NCBI GenBank assembly: GCA_965116475.1
Contig: OZ220691.1
Span: 1-64,000, forward strand
DNA from: Gemmatimonadota bacterium
GTDB lineage: Bacteria; Gemmatimonadota; Gemmatimonadetes; Palauibacterales; Palauibacteraceae
DNA: 64,000 nucleotides
Direction: 5' to 3'
In this document: positions 1 through 10,350 of the stretch, piece after piece
How the letters are laid out: every line of letters starts with the position of its first letter
How positions within the stretch are numbered: position 1 is the stretch's first letter
Program-made: the position numbers and the translations under genes
The notes under the pieces: generated by a model
Told to the model about the DNA's origin: nothing
Seen by the model: the letters and a program-made list of their open reading frames with translations, nothing else
Databases searched by the model: none

Positions 1-1
1 C

Positions 2-835
2 CAGCTTTCGAGCCTGACCGATGTGTTCGTCGCCAGCCTGCTCGCCGAGGGCGCGCTCACGGGGATCTACTTCGCCCAGCGCATCGCGATGGTGCCGATG
101 GCGCTCTTCGGCGCCTCCGTGGCCGTGGCCGCGCTGCCGGAGATGTCCCGCGAGACGGGTGTCGAAGCGTTGCGATCCCATCTCTCCACCGGCGTGCGAC
201 GCGTCGCCTACTTCATCCTTCCGTCGGTCGCCGTGCTCCTCCTGCTCGGGGACCTCGTGACGTCGCTCATCTACGAACGGGGAGCCTTCGAAGCCGAACA
301 CGTCCCGGTCGTGCGGTGGGGCCTGGGCGCCTACGCGCTGGGCCTCGTCGCGACGGGCCTCACGAAGCTGTTCGCCAGCGCCTTTCACGCCCTCCAGGAC
401 ACGCGGACGCCGGTGAAGTACGCCATGGCCGGGGTGGGGACGGGCATCCTCATCGGGGCGGCGACCGCGCTGTGGATGGAGGACCGCGGGTTCGGGCTGC
501 GCGCGGCGGCCGGCCTCGTCTTCGGCAGTTCCGTCGGGGCGTGGGTCAACCTCGTCCTCCTCATGCGCGGGCTGGGCCGGCGGGGGGCGGGGGGCTGGTT
601 CCGCGCGGTGCGGCGTTCGCTCGGCCGCATGGCCGCCGGCGCCGGCCTCGCGGGTGGCGCCTTCCTCGCGATTCGCTGGCTGCTGGGGAGCCGCCTCCCG
701 GACGGATTCCTCGGCGACGCCGCCCTTTTCGCGGCCGCGCTCATCGCGGGCGGGCTCTGCTATGCCGCCTGCGCCGGCCTCCCGGCCGGACTCCGGACCG
801 TCGGGGAGACCCCACCGGCGGAGGGAAGCGGATGA
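2..835 (+). CDS. murJ: Lipid II flippase MurJ/MviN, C-terminal part (5' truncated by window edge)
   Basis: Frame is open from the window edge. Multi-TM protein with MurJ-type motifs (AQRIAMVPMALFGASV..., YERGAF, FHALQDTRTP). Stop overlaps the uvrC start (ATGA). Confidence 0.9.
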   Translation, partial: QLSSLTDVFVASLLAEGALTGIYFAQRIAMVPMALFGASVAVAALPEMSRETGVEALRSHLSTGVRRVAYFILPSVAVLLLLGDLVTSLIYERGAFEAEHVPVVRWGLGAYALGLVATGLTKLFASAFHALQDTRTPVKYAMAGVGTGILIGAATALWMEDRGFGLRAAAGLVFGSSVGAWVNLVLLMRGLGRRGAGGWFRAVRRSLGRMAAGAGLAGGAFLAIRWLLGSRLPDGFLGDAALFAAALIAGGLCYAACAGLPAGLRTVGETPPAEGSG

Positions 836-2733
836 GCGCGGGGCGGAGCCCGTCCGTGCAGGATCTCGATGCGCTTCGCGAGCAGGCGCGGGGGCTGGGT
901 CACGAACCGGGCGTCTATCTGTTTCGCGATGCCTCGGGCGAGGTCCTCTACGTGGGAAAGGCGAAATCGCTCCGCTCGCGCGTCGCCTCCTATTTCGGCG
1001 CGGAGGCGAGCCGTTCCCTGAAGCTCGTCCGCCTCGTGCGGGAGATCGACAGCATCGAGACCTTCCCGGTGCGCTCGGAAGCCGAAGCCCTTCTCCTCGA
1101 ATGGAATCTCATCCGCGAGTTCGGGCCGCGCTTCAACATCCAGCTCCGCGACGACAAGAGCTATCCGTACATCAAGGTCACGATCGCGGAGCCCTTCCCG
1201 CGGATCTTCGTGACGCGCCGGGTGAGAGATGACGGTTCGCGGTACCTGGGGCCCTTCACCGATGTCGGGGCGATGCGGCGGGCGCTGCGCACGATCAAGA
1301 AGATGTACACCGTGCGGTCGTGCCACTACCGGATGCCGGCCGAGCTTCCGCCGCGGCCCTGCCTCGACTATCACATCGGGCGCTGCAAGGCGCCGTGCGC
1401 GGGCCTCCAGTCCGAAGCGGACTATCGCGCGATGGTCGAGGAAATCCTCGAGATCCTCGGGGGACGGACCGGGGCCGTGAGGCGCTCGGTGGAGGGCCGG
1501 ATGGCGGAGGCCGCCGAAGCGCTGGACTACGAACGGGCGGGGGAGTTGAGGGACGTGCTCCGCGGCCTCGATCAACTGGAGAGCCGGCAGGCGGCGATCG
1601 ACCCCAGAGGCGGGAGCCACGACGCGATCGGGTTCGCGCGCCAGCCGGCGGGCGGATCGGTGTGCGGCATCGTCCTGAGAGTGCGTGAAGGAAGGCTCGT
1701 GGGGCGACGGATCCACTACCTCGCGAACGTCGGGGACGAACCGGACAAAGCCGTGCTCGGGGCCCTGGTGAAGGGGTACTATCTGCGCCAGGCGGACGAT
1801 GTCCCGTCGGAACTGCTCGTTCCGGACCCGTTCGACGAGCAGGATCTCGTCGAGGAGTACCTTTCGGGAGTCGCCGGGCACCGCTTTCGCATCCGGGTGC
1901 CGGCCCGCGGGCCCGGGCTCGAACTGACGCGGGCCGCGGGCCGGAACGCCGCGCACGTGCTGGCGCGCGACCGGGTGGAGCGGGGAGACGAGGCGGGTAC
2001 GGGGGCCGAAGGGGCGGGACCGTCGCCCGCCGCGGCGCGGCTCGCGGAGGTGCTCTCGCTGGAGGCGCCCGCGCGCGACATCGTCTGCTTCGACGTGTCG
2101 ACGCTCGCCGGCCGGGAGTCGGTCGGGAGTTGCGTGTGGCTCCGGGACGGGCGGCCGCACACGGATGAGTACCGCAGGTTCCGGATCCGGGACTCGGAGG
2201 ACGGACGGACCGATGATTATGCCATGATGCAGGAGATCGTCTCGCGCTACTTCGACCGCCGCGTCCGGGAGGGGCGCGCGCTGCCCGACCTCGTCGTCGT
2301 GGACGGGGGCAGAGGACAGCTGTCGGCCGCGCGGCAGGCCATGGATGGCGCGGGTGTCTCCGACCTGCCAACGGTGGCTCTGGCGAAACGCGAAGAGGAG
2401 GTGTTTCGGCCCGGGATTCCGACCCCGTTGCGGCTTCCGCGCGCGGATCCCGGTCTGCACTGGCTGCAGCGGGCGCGCGATGAGGCCCATCGCTTCGCCC
2501 TCCGGTACAACCGGACGCTGCGCCACCGCCGCGCCCTCAGGTCAAGGCTGAGCGAGATCCCGGGGGTGGGACCCGAGCGCGAGCAGCGTCTGCTGGAGCG
2601 CTTCGGCAGTCTCGACCTCATCCGGCGGGCCTCGCCCGAGCAGCTCGCACGCACGCCGGGGATCGGCCCCGCGACGGCCACGTCGATCCTCACCGCGCTC
2701 CGCGAGGACCCGGCCGGGGGAGGCGCGTCGTGA
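832..2733 (+). CDS. uvrC: Excinuclease ABC subunit C
   Basis: GIY-YIG N-terminus (PGVYLF..YVGKAKSLRSRV), Cys cluster (RPCLDYHIGRCKAPC), RNase H-like DVS/DGGRGQ, RDEAHRFA and C-terminal HhH. ATG 832 overlaps the murJ stop. Confidence 0.96.
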   Translation: MSAGRSPSVQDLDALREQARGLGHEPGVYLFRDASGEVLYVGKAKSLRSRVASYFGAEASRSLKLVRLVREIDSIETFPVRSEAEALLLEWNLIREFGPRFNIQLRDDKSYPYIKVTIAEPFPRIFVTRRVRDDGSRYLGPFTDVGAMRRALRTIKKMYTVRSCHYRMPAELPPRPCLDYHIGRCKAPCAGLQSEADYRAMVEEILEILGGRTGAVRRSVEGRMAEAAEALDYERAGELRDVLRGLDQLESRQAAIDPRGGSHDAIGFARQPAGGSVCGIVLRVREGRLVGRRIHYLANVGDEPDKAVLGALVKGYYLRQADDVPSELLVPDPFDEQDLVEEYLSGVAGHRFRIRVPARGPGLELTRAAGRNAAHVLARDRVERGDEAGTGAEGAGPSPAAARLAEVLSLEAPARDIVCFDVSTLAGRESVGSCVWLRDGRPHTDEYRRFRIRDSEDGRTDDYAMMQEIVSRYFDRRVREGRALPDLVVVDGGRGQLSAARQAMDGAGVSDLPTVALAKREEEVFRPGIPTPLRLPRADPGLHWLQRARDEAHRFALRYNRTLRHRRALRSRLSEIPGVGPEREQRLLERFGSLDLIRRASPEQLARTPGIGPATATSILTALREDPAGGGAS

Positions 2734-2921
2734 CGCGCGGCGGACATCCCCCCGCGGGCCTGTGCGCGCGCTGCCGTCACCGCCGCTGGATCCGGAGCGA
2801 CCGCGGATCCGATTTCCTCCTCTGCCGCCTCTCGCGCACGGACGCGCGCTTTCGGCGCTATCCCACGCTCCCCGTGCTGCGCTGCGCCGGTTTCCGGGCG
2901 GAAGAAGAAGAGGCTCCGTGA
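2730..2921 (+). CDS. Small 4-Cys putative metal-binding protein (63 aa)
   Basis: GLCARC...LC...YPTLPVLRC. GTGA overlaps with both the uvrC stop and the gltX start, and it fills the gap exactly. Confidence 0.72.
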   Translation: MTRGGHPPAGLCARCRHRRWIRSDRGSDFLLCRLSRTDARFRRYPTLPVLRCAGFRAEEEEAP

Positions 2922-4387
2922 CCCCGGCGACCGCCCCGACGGCGCGGGTCCGAACCCGTTTCGCGCCGAGCCCGACCGGAGCCCTCCACCTGGGCAACGC
3001 CCGCACCGCGATCCTGAATTGGCTGTTCGCGCGGCGGCACGGGGGCGACTTCGTGCTCCGCCTCGAGGACACGGACATCGAGCGCGCGGTACCGGGGGGC
3101 GAGGCGATGATCTACGAGGCGCTCGACTGGCTCGGCATCGCGCCGGACGAGGGACCGCGGGAGGGGGGACGGTTCGCGCCGTACCGCCAGTTGGCGCGGG
3201 CCGACCGCCATCGGGCCCGCGCGGCGGAGCTGCTGGAATCGGGGAGGGCCTTCCGCTGCTACTGCCGGCCGGACGAACTGGAGGCGAGGCGGAAGGCGGC
3301 GATCGCTGCGGGGGAGCCCACGGGACGCGATGCGCGCTGCCGCGATCTTCCCGCCGGGCAGGCGCGCCGCCACGAGGCGGAGGGACGGCCGGCGGCCATC
3401 CGGCTTCGCGTGGAGTCCGGGCCCGTCGAGTTCACGGATCTCCTGAAGGGCACTCTCGCGATCGACGGCGACGACCTCGGGGACCTCGTCCTCGTGCGGA
3501 GCGACGGCCGGCCCACCTACAACTTCGCGGTCGCGGTAGACGACATCGAGATGGAAATCAGCCACGTGATCCGGGGCGTGGGGCACCTCTCGAACACCCC
3601 CAAGCAGGTGCTCCTGTACCGCGCCTTCGGGATGAAGCCGCCGGAGTTCGTCCACATCCCGACCGTCCTCGCCCCCGGGGGAGGGAAGCTCTCCAAGCGG
3701 CGCGGGGCGGCCGGAGTCCTCGACTACCGGGAGCGGGGGTTCCATCCGGATGCGGTCCTCAACTACCTGTCGCTCCTCTCGTGGTCGTCGGAGGACGGCG
3801 AGGAGTTCCTGAGCCGGGAAGCGCTCGTGGACCGGATCGACCTCGACCGGCTGGGGGCGGCCGATACCGAGGTGGATGAGGAGAAGATGACCTGGCTGTC
3901 CGGACAGCACCTGCGGGCGGAACCGGCCGAGCGGCTGGCTCGCGGCTGGGCGGCGCGGCTCGACGTGGAAGGGCTGGGGCTGAACGACGCCGATCTTCGC
4001 CGCGCCGCGGAAGTGTTCGCCAGGCGCACGCGTCTCCTCTCCGACGTCGTGTCCGAAATCGAGCCGATCTACCGCGCGCCGGAGGCCGGCGGGGCCGCTG
4101 CCCGGGAGGCGCTTTCCGCCCCCGCGGCCGGGACCGCGATCCGCCTTGCCCGCGCGGCGTGGGCGGACATGGCCTGGCAACCCGGCCCCCTGGCCGCGGC
4201 GCTTCGCGCAGCGATGCTCGAAGCCGGGCTCGCGGGGCGTACGTTCTTCCCGCCCGTCCGGGTCGCCCTGACCGGACAGCTTCACGGCCCCGACCTCGGC
4301 GAGGTGGCCTACGCGCTCGGACGGGAGCGCACCCTGGCGCGGCTGGGGGCGGCGACAGAAGCGACAGAAAGGGAGCGAAGCGTATGA
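2918..4387 (+). CDS. gltX: Glutamate--tRNA ligase
   Basis: RFAPSPTGALHLGN (HIGH motif), KLSKR (KMSKS motif), CYC Zn site and C-terminal anticodon domain (RVALTG..GPDL). Confidence 0.95.
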   Translation: MTPATAPTARVRTRFAPSPTGALHLGNARTAILNWLFARRHGGDFVLRLEDTDIERAVPGGEAMIYEALDWLGIAPDEGPREGGRFAPYRQLARADRHRARAAELLESGRAFRCYCRPDELEARRKAAIAAGEPTGRDARCRDLPAGQARRHEAEGRPAAIRLRVESGPVEFTDLLKGTLAIDGDDLGDLVLVRSDGRPTYNFAVAVDDIEMEISHVIRGVGHLSNTPKQVLLYRAFGMKPPEFVHIPTVLAPGGGKLSKRRGAAGVLDYRERGFHPDAVLNYLSLLSWSSEDGEEFLSREALVDRIDLDRLGAADTEVDEEKMTWLSGQHLRAEPAERLARGWAARLDVEGLGLNDADLRRAAEVFARRTRLLSDVVSEIEPIYRAPEAGGAAAREALSAPAAGTAIRLARAAWADMAWQPGPLAAALRAAMLEAGLAGRTFFPPVRVALTGQLHGPDLGEVAYALGRERTLARLGAATEATERERSV

Positions 4388-5517
4388 GCTGGCGTCTCGA
4401 ATGCGGCCTCTGCGGGCGACCCGTCGCCCGGGGGCTGGCCACCGTGTGCCCGGACTGCGGGAAGCCCCTGCTGGCCCGGTACGACCTCCGAGCCCTGGAC
4501 GGGGAAGCGCTGCGGCGGGCCTGGACGGGGCGGCAGGGCGGCATGTGGCGTTTTCGGGAGATCATGCCCGTCGAGCCGAACGAAGGTCCGGTGACGCTCG
4601 GGGAGGGCGGCACCCCTCTGCTGGAGATCGAGATCGGAGGGGAGTTCGAGGGACTCACGCTCCTGGTGAAGGACGAGGGCCTCAACCCCACCGGGAGCTT
4701 CAAGGACCGGGGCCTGTGCGCCGCCGTCACGCGGGCGGTGCATGAGGGGGCGACGGACCTCGTCATCCCGAGCGCCGGCAACGCGGGAGCGGCCCTCGCG
4801 GCCTACGCGGCGCGCGCGGGCGTGACCGCTCGTCTCTTCATCCCCGAGGACACGCCGGAGGGCGTCGCACGGCGCTGCGAGCACTACGGCGCGGACATCG
4901 CCCGGGTCGACGGCCTCATCGACGAATGCGGCCGTCTCTCCGCCGAGTACGGCGCGGAAACGGGCGCGTTCAACATCTCCACGCTCAAGGAGCCATACCG
5001 GATCGAGGGAAAGAAGACGATGATGCTCGAGATCGTCGAAGCGCTCGGGTGGCGGGCGCCCGATGCCATCGTCTATCCCACCGGGGGCGGCACCGGGCTC
5101 ATCGGCAGCGCCAAGACTCTGGCGGAGCTGCGTGAACTCGGCCTGATCGACGGCGACACGCGCCTCTACGCGGTGCAGGGCACGGGCTGCGCGCCCATTG
5201 TGCGCGCGCACGCGGCGGGCGAGACGTACGCCGAGCCGTGGCGGAACGCCTCGACCGAAGCCTGGGGACTCCGGGTCCCGGGGGCGCTCGGAGATTTTCT
5301 GATGCTCGGAGCCATCCGCGACTCGGGCGGCGGCGGCATCGCCGTTTCCGACGAGGCGATGAAGGAGGGGGCCCTCGAACTCGGCGCGGCCGGCGTGGGG
5401 GCCTCGATCGAAGGCGGGGCCACCCTGGCCGGTGCGCGCGCACTCCGGCGATCCGGAGAGTTGCGCGATGGCGAGACCGTCGTCCTCTTCAACACCGCAC
5501 ACCTCCTCACGTACTAG
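4384..5517 (+). CDS. thrC: Threonine synthase (PLP, fold type II) with N-terminal Zn ribbon
   Basis: CGLC/CPDC ribbon, TLGEGGTPL, NPTGSFKDRG (PLP Lys), SAGNAG, PYRIEGKKT, PTGGGTG. ATGA overlap with gltX. Confidence 0.85.
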   Translation: MSWRLECGLCGRPVARGLATVCPDCGKPLLARYDLRALDGEALRRAWTGRQGGMWRFREIMPVEPNEGPVTLGEGGTPLLEIEIGGEFEGLTLLVKDEGLNPTGSFKDRGLCAAVTRAVHEGATDLVIPSAGNAGAALAAYAARAGVTARLFIPEDTPEGVARRCEHYGADIARVDGLIDECGRLSAEYGAETGAFNISTLKEPYRIEGKKTMMLEIVEALGWRAPDAIVYPTGGGTGLIGSAKTLAELRELGLIDGDTRLYAVQGTGCAPIVRAHAAGETYAEPWRNASTEAWGLRVPGALGDFLMLGAIRDSGGGGIAVSDEAMKEGALELGAAGVGASIEGGATLAGARALRRSGELRDGETVVLFNTAHLLTY

Positions 5518-5655
5518 CAGTCCGTGGCAAAACCTCATCCCGCGTGAGCGCCGAGAGCGGGGTGGCAAGACCCCGCGGGGCTCCGTGCGCCGGGGGAGCC
5601 TTCCGGCTATCTTGACCGTGGTTGCGACTCAAAACAGAAACAGGGGTTCAGAGCG

Positions 5656-6984
5656 ATGTCGAACATGGTGCGTACTGGTGCGAGAGCGGCGACCGCCGCC
5701 ACCCTCGCGTCGATCTTCACTTCCGCGGGACTCGTCGGACAGGAATGCGAATTCGACCCGAACAGCGCGGCCTCCACGGCTTCCGAGGCGCTTCAGCGAC
5801 TCGCGGAGGCCCCAACCGCCCAGGACAGCCTGGTCATCTTCACGGAGGCATGGGAGGCGCTCGCGGCGGACCTGGACAGCGACAATCCGGTGGTGCCCCT
5901 GCTGGGCGCCCAGGTCCAGATGGGTCTCGGCAATTTCCCGGAGGCCGTCGAGTTTCTCGAGCGCTACGACGCCACTGCGGCGCCCGAGTGCATGATGCAC
6001 GGCGAAGCGCAGCGCTATAACGGCTGGGTCCGGCTCTACAACGTGGGCGTCACGGCCTACAGCGCGTCCGACAACGAGGCGGCGCTCAACGCCTTCATGC
6101 TGGCGAACGATTTCAAGCCCGACCTCCGCACGTACGGCAACGCGGCACTCCTTCAGTCACAACTGGGAGACAACGCGGGTGCGATCGAGACGTACCAGGC
6201 CGCGCTCGCCGCGGACATTCCCGATGCGGACCCGGAATCGCTGCGCAGCACCGTCACCGGACTCGGCGATCTGCTGGCCGGGGAAGGCCGGGCGGAGGAA
6301 GCCATCCAGACCTACAGCGACTACCTCGCCAGGTATCCGGACGATGTCGTGATCCAGATCCGGTATGCGGGCGTCCTGGCCGATCAGGGGCAGACCGAGG
6401 AGTCGACGGCGATCTATGCCGCGACCCTCGAGCGCACCGACCTGACGTACCAGCAGTGGCTCGAGGTCGGAGTGGGCTTCTACAACGGGCAGAACTTCCC
6501 GGACGCTGTGACCGCATTCGCGAATGCGCGCGCGGGGAATCCCTACAGCAAGGAAGCGATGGAGAACTACGTCAACGCTTCCATCCAGTCCAACCGTCCC
6601 GGGCCCGTCATCGCGCTCGCGGACACCCTCACGCAGTGGTATCCCTACGACGCGCTCGCCCACCAGTTGCGCTTTCAGTCGCTCGGCCGCGCCGAAATGA
6701 ATGAGCAGGCGATGGAGGCCATGGGCGAGGAGCAGGCGTTGCCGCTCTCCGTCACGTTCGCGCAGATGGCCCCGACCGCGAACGGCCGGTACGTCGTGCA
6801 ACTCTCCTTCACGAACCGGACCGCTTCCGGCACACTGCAGATCGCGTTCGAGTTCGTCGATGCCGGAGGGCAGGTCGTCACGGAGCATACGCAGACCTTC
6901 GACGCCGACTCGGGCAGTTTCACCTTCGAGGTGGAGTCCGACGTGCCCCTGGCCGGGTTCCGGTACGGAACGATCGAGGGCTGA
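5656..6984 (+). CDS. Exported tetratricopeptide-repeat protein with C-terminal beta-sandwich
   Basis: Signal-peptide-like N-terminus, TPR-like helical repeats (LGDLLAGEGRAEEAIQTY), acidic composition and a beta-rich C-terminus. Confidence 0.7.
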   Translation: MSNMVRTGARAATAATLASIFTSAGLVGQECEFDPNSAASTASEALQRLAEAPTAQDSLVIFTEAWEALAADLDSDNPVVPLLGAQVQMGLGNFPEAVEFLERYDATAAPECMMHGEAQRYNGWVRLYNVGVTAYSASDNEAALNAFMLANDFKPDLRTYGNAALLQSQLGDNAGAIETYQAALAADIPDADPESLRSTVTGLGDLLAGEGRAEEAIQTYSDYLARYPDDVVIQIRYAGVLADQGQTEESTAIYAATLERTDLTYQQWLEVGVGFYNGQNFPDAVTAFANARAGNPYSKEAMENYVNASIQSNRPGPVIALADTLTQWYPYDALAHQLRFQSLGRAEMNEQAMEAMGEEQALPLSVTFAQMAPTANGRYVVQLSFTNRTASGTLQIAFEFVDAGGQVVTEHTQTFDADSGSFTFEVESDVPLAGFRYGTIEG

Positions 6985-7077
6985 CCGCCCGGCACTGCCG
7001 GACCGTGGCCTGCTAGCCCGCGGGTCCGGATGCGGACCGCTCCCGCGAAGTCGGGGCGGTCCGCTCGCGGGATCACC

Positions 7078-8355
7078 ATGATTCGAATCGCCAGCGTCGA
7101 GCCGGGGTCGATCGCCGCAGATCTCGAACTGCCGGCGGGTCTCGCCGTGCTCGAGATCAACGGCAAGCCCATCCGCGACGGCCTGGACCTGCTCTTCCAC
7201 CAGGCGGAACCCGCGCTCCGGGTGCTCGCGGAACGGCGGACGGGTGAGCGGCTCCTGTTCGAGATCGAGAAACCGGCGGACGAACCCCTCGGCATCGTCC
7301 CGGAGCCCGACAAGATCCGCCGCTGCACGAACGCGTGCCCGTTCTGCTTCGTGAAGGGGAACCCGAAAGCCGACCGGCTTCGGGCGCCCCTCTATGTGAA
7401 GGATGATGACTATCGGCTGTCCTTCCTGCACGGCCACTACATCACGCTGACGAACCTGCGTCCGGATGACTGGGATCGCATATTCGAACAGCGGCTGTCA
7501 CCGCTCTATGTGAGCGTCCACGCGATGGACCCCGCGGTCCGGCTGGGGATGCTGAAGAACCCCCGGAGCGCCAATATCGGGCAGGATCTCGATCGGCTGG
7601 CCGAGGGCCGCATCGCGGTCCACGCGCAGGTCGTCCTCTGCCCGGAGGTGAACGACGGCGAACACCTGACGCGGACGATCGAGGATCTCTATCGCCGGGG
7701 GGACGCGATCCGGTCGCTCTCCATCGTGCCGGTGGGCCTGACCTCGTGGAACGCGGCGCTGGGGGGGCGGACCCTCGAACCGGAAGAGTGCCGCGCGGCG
7801 CTCGACGCCGTCGACGCGATCCGGGAGCGGGCGCTGTCGGAGCGGGGGCAGGGGTGGTGCTACGCCGCCGACGAGATGTACCTGCAGGCGGGACTCGAGC
7901 CACCCGGCGCGGCGTACTTCGACGATCATGAACTGGAGAGCAACGGTGTCGGGGCGATTTCCACTCTGACGGATCGCGTGACCGGACAGCTCGGGACGCT
8001 CCGTCCGCTGGAAGGGTTCAGGGTCGTGGCGGTCACGGGAACCTCGATGGGGCCGACGCTGACCCGCCTCGCGGGCCGCATCGCGCGGCGCACCGGCGCC
8101 GAAGTGTCGACCGTCCCGGTCGAGAACACGCTGTACGGGCCGATGGTCACGACGGCCGGCCTGCTGCCGGGCGCGGATCACCGGAGCGCACTCCGCGCCG
8201 CGGGGGAGTTCGACGTGGCCCTCTTCTCGGCGCAGGCGCTGAACGACGGGGACATCTTCCTCGACGACGTGAGCCTCGCCGAGCTGCAGGCCGAGTTTCC
8301 CGGCCGCCGGGTCGAGCCGTCGCAGGACCTCGTCGACATCCTCTCGCGGCTCTAG
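7078..8355 (+). CDS. PDZ + radical-SAM-like DUF512 Fe-S protein
   Basis: N-terminal PDZ-like VEPGSIA, CTNACPFC (CxxxCxxC), LYVKDDDYRLSF, SPLYVSVH, ADEMY. Lies directly upstream of der. Confidence 0.88.
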   Translation: MIRIASVEPGSIAADLELPAGLAVLEINGKPIRDGLDLLFHQAEPALRVLAERRTGERLLFEIEKPADEPLGIVPEPDKIRRCTNACPFCFVKGNPKADRLRAPLYVKDDDYRLSFLHGHYITLTNLRPDDWDRIFEQRLSPLYVSVHAMDPAVRLGMLKNPRSANIGQDLDRLAEGRIAVHAQVVLCPEVNDGEHLTRTIEDLYRRGDAIRSLSIVPVGLTSWNAALGGRTLEPEECRAALDAVDAIRERALSERGQGWCYAADEMYLQAGLEPPGAAYFDDHELESNGVGAISTLTDRVTGQLGTLRPLEGFRVVAVTGTSMGPTLTRLAGRIARRTGAEVSTVPVENTLYGPMVTTAGLLPGADHRSALRAAGEFDVALFSAQALNDGDIFLDDVSLAELQAEFPGRRVEPSQDLVDILSRL

Positions 8356-8359
8356 CGTC

Positions 8360-9697
8360 GTGTCGACACCGGTGCCTCTCCGCACGGTCGCCATCGTGGG
8401 GCGCCCCAACGTCGGCAAGTCGACCCTCTTCAACCGGATCCTGGGCCGCCGCGTCGCGATCGTCGCCGAGCGCCCCGGGGTGACGCGGGACCGGCAGTTC
8501 GCCGAGGCGGAATGGGCCGGGCGGCGCTTCCTCCTCGTCGATACGGGGGGGCTCGTCGTCCGGCCGGATGAACACATCGACCTCGAAGTGCGCCGGCAGG
8601 CCGAAACGGCGATCGGCCACGCGGATGTCGTCGTCTTCGTCGTGGACGCACGCGACGGCGTCCAGCCCGTGGACCGTCACGTCGCCGAGCTCCTGCGCCG
8701 GTCGGGCCTGCCCGTGATCGTTGCCGCGAACAAGCTCGACGAGCTCGGCAACGCGATCGGGCACATCGACTTCTACGAGCTCGGCCTCGGCGACCCCACG
8801 CCGCTCGCGGCCCTCAGCGGGAAGGGCTCGGGGGACCTCCTCGACCGCGTGGTCGGGGCCCTCCCGGAGTCGTCGGAGATGGAGGAGGGCGACGCCGACA
8901 TCCGCATCGCGGTCATCGGACGCCCCAACGTGGGCAAGTCGAGCTTCGTCAACCGTCTCCTCGGAGAGGAGCGCCTCATCGTCCACGAAGAGGCGGGAAC
9001 CACCCGCGACGCGATCGACACGGACCTCGTCCTGGAGGGACGCCGCGTCCGCCTCATCGACACCGCGGGCCTCCGGCGCCGGGCGCGCATCGTGGACGAC
9101 CTCGAATTCCTCGGGCGGTTGCGGGCGGCCTCGGCCATCGACCGCGCGGACGTCTGCCTCCTCCTCGTGGATACGAAGGCCGGCGCGGCGAACCAGGACT
9201 TCCGGATCGGACACCAGGCGTGGGATGAGGGGAAAGGCCTCGTGTTCGTGGCCAACAAGTGGGATCTGATCGAGGACCGCGGTCCCTCCGCGACGGCCGG
9301 CTTCGAGCGCGAACTCCGCGAGCGCGCGCATTATCTTCGCTGGGTGCCCATCATCACCTGCTCGGCGCTGACGGGGAAGCGGGTGCGGAAGGCGATCGAC
9401 CTCGCGTTCGAAGTGCAGGAGGCCAGGGCGCGGCGGGTGCCCACGGCGGAGGTGAACGAGGTCCTTCAGCGGCTGGTCGCGCGCCGCCAGCCTCCCCAGG
9501 GGGGGCGGGGGGATGTGCGCCTGCTGTACGGCAGTCAGGTGGCGGCGTCCCCGCCGCAGTTCGTACTCTGGTCCAACCGGCCGCACGACCTCAAGGAGCA
9601 CTATGTGAGATACCTCGTCGCCGGCTTCCGGGAGGCCTGGGGATTCGAGGGATCTCCCATCCGGATCAAGCTGAAGAAGCGTTCGGGGCGGGAATGA
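8360..9697 (+). CDS. der: Ribosome biogenesis GTPase Der (EngA)
   Basis: Two GRPNVGKS P-loops, DTGG/DTAG, NKLD/NKWD and a C-terminal KH-like domain. Confidence 0.97.
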   Translation: MSTPVPLRTVAIVGRPNVGKSTLFNRILGRRVAIVAERPGVTRDRQFAEAEWAGRRFLLVDTGGLVVRPDEHIDLEVRRQAETAIGHADVVVFVVDARDGVQPVDRHVAELLRRSGLPVIVAANKLDELGNAIGHIDFYELGLGDPTPLAALSGKGSGDLLDRVVGALPESSEMEEGDADIRIAVIGRPNVGKSSFVNRLLGEERLIVHEEAGTTRDAIDTDLVLEGRRVRLIDTAGLRRRARIVDDLEFLGRLRAASAIDRADVCLLLVDTKAGAANQDFRIGHQAWDEGKGLVFVANKWDLIEDRGPSATAGFERELRERAHYLRWVPIITCSALTGKRVRKAIDLAFEVQEARARRVPTAEVNEVLQRLVARRQPPQGGRGDVRLLYGSQVAASPPQFVLWSNRPHDLKEHYVRYLVAGFREAWGFEGSPIRIKLKKRSGRE

Positions 9698-10350
9698 CCG
9701 CACCGTTCCTGACGCTTGCCGCCTATCTCATCGGAGCCTTCCCCACGAGCTACCTCGTCGGGCGCGCCTACGGGTACGACCTGCGGCGGGAGGGGAGCGG
9801 CAACCTCGGGTCCACGAACGCCTACCGGGTCCTCGGGTTCTTCCCGGCCGTCGGCGTGCTCGTCGTCGATCTGCTGAAGGGGTTCGTGCCCGTCTGGCTC
9901 TTCCCGATGTGGGACGGCCGCACCGGCGCCTGGGCGCTCGCCTACGGGCTCGCCGCCATTTCCGGACACGTATGGCCCGTGTATACGAGATTCAAGGGAG
10001 GGAAGGGGGTGGCGACCGCCGCCGGAACGATGGCGGCCCTGGTCCCGGTGGCCGTGATCGTCGCCTTCTTCGTGTGGGTCGTGACGGTGATCCTCACGCG
10101 GACGGCCTCCATGGCGTCCCTCCTCTCCGCGGCCCTCGTGCCGATCATGGCCCGCGGTTCGGCGGCGCCGCGCTCCGTGGTGTCCTATGCGCTCCTCCTC
10201 GCCATCACGGTCTGGTGGACGCACCGCTCGAACCTCGCGCGCATCGTGAAACGCGAGGAATTCCAGGTGGACTGGCGGCGCGGCCGGCTCCCGCGCCGGG
10301 AGCGGGTGGCGCGGAGGTCTCCGGAGGATGCTCCGGAGGATGAAGCGTGA
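9694..10350 (+). CDS. plsY: Glycerol-3-phosphate 1-O-acyltransferase PlsY
   Basis: GSGNLGSTN, D.LKG, GH.WP, FKGGKGVAT, HRSN. ATGA overlap with der. Confidence 0.95.
   Translation: MTAPFLTLAAYLIGAFPTSYLVGRAYGYDLRREGSGNLGSTNAYRVLGFFPAVGVLVVDLLKGFVPVWLFPMWDGRTGAWALAYGLAAISGHVWPVYTRFKGGKGVATAAGTMAALVPVAVIVAFFVWVVTVILTRTASMASLLSAALVPIMARGSAAPRSVVSYALLLAITVWWTHRSNLARIVKREEFQVDWRRGRLPRRERVARRSPEDAPEDEA

Noticed and set aside
5518-5655. Sigma-54 promoter or riboswitch in the thrC-TPR gap (two GTGGCAA motifs)
   Set aside because: GG-N10-GC spacing is not met and no recognisable riboswitch consensus is present.
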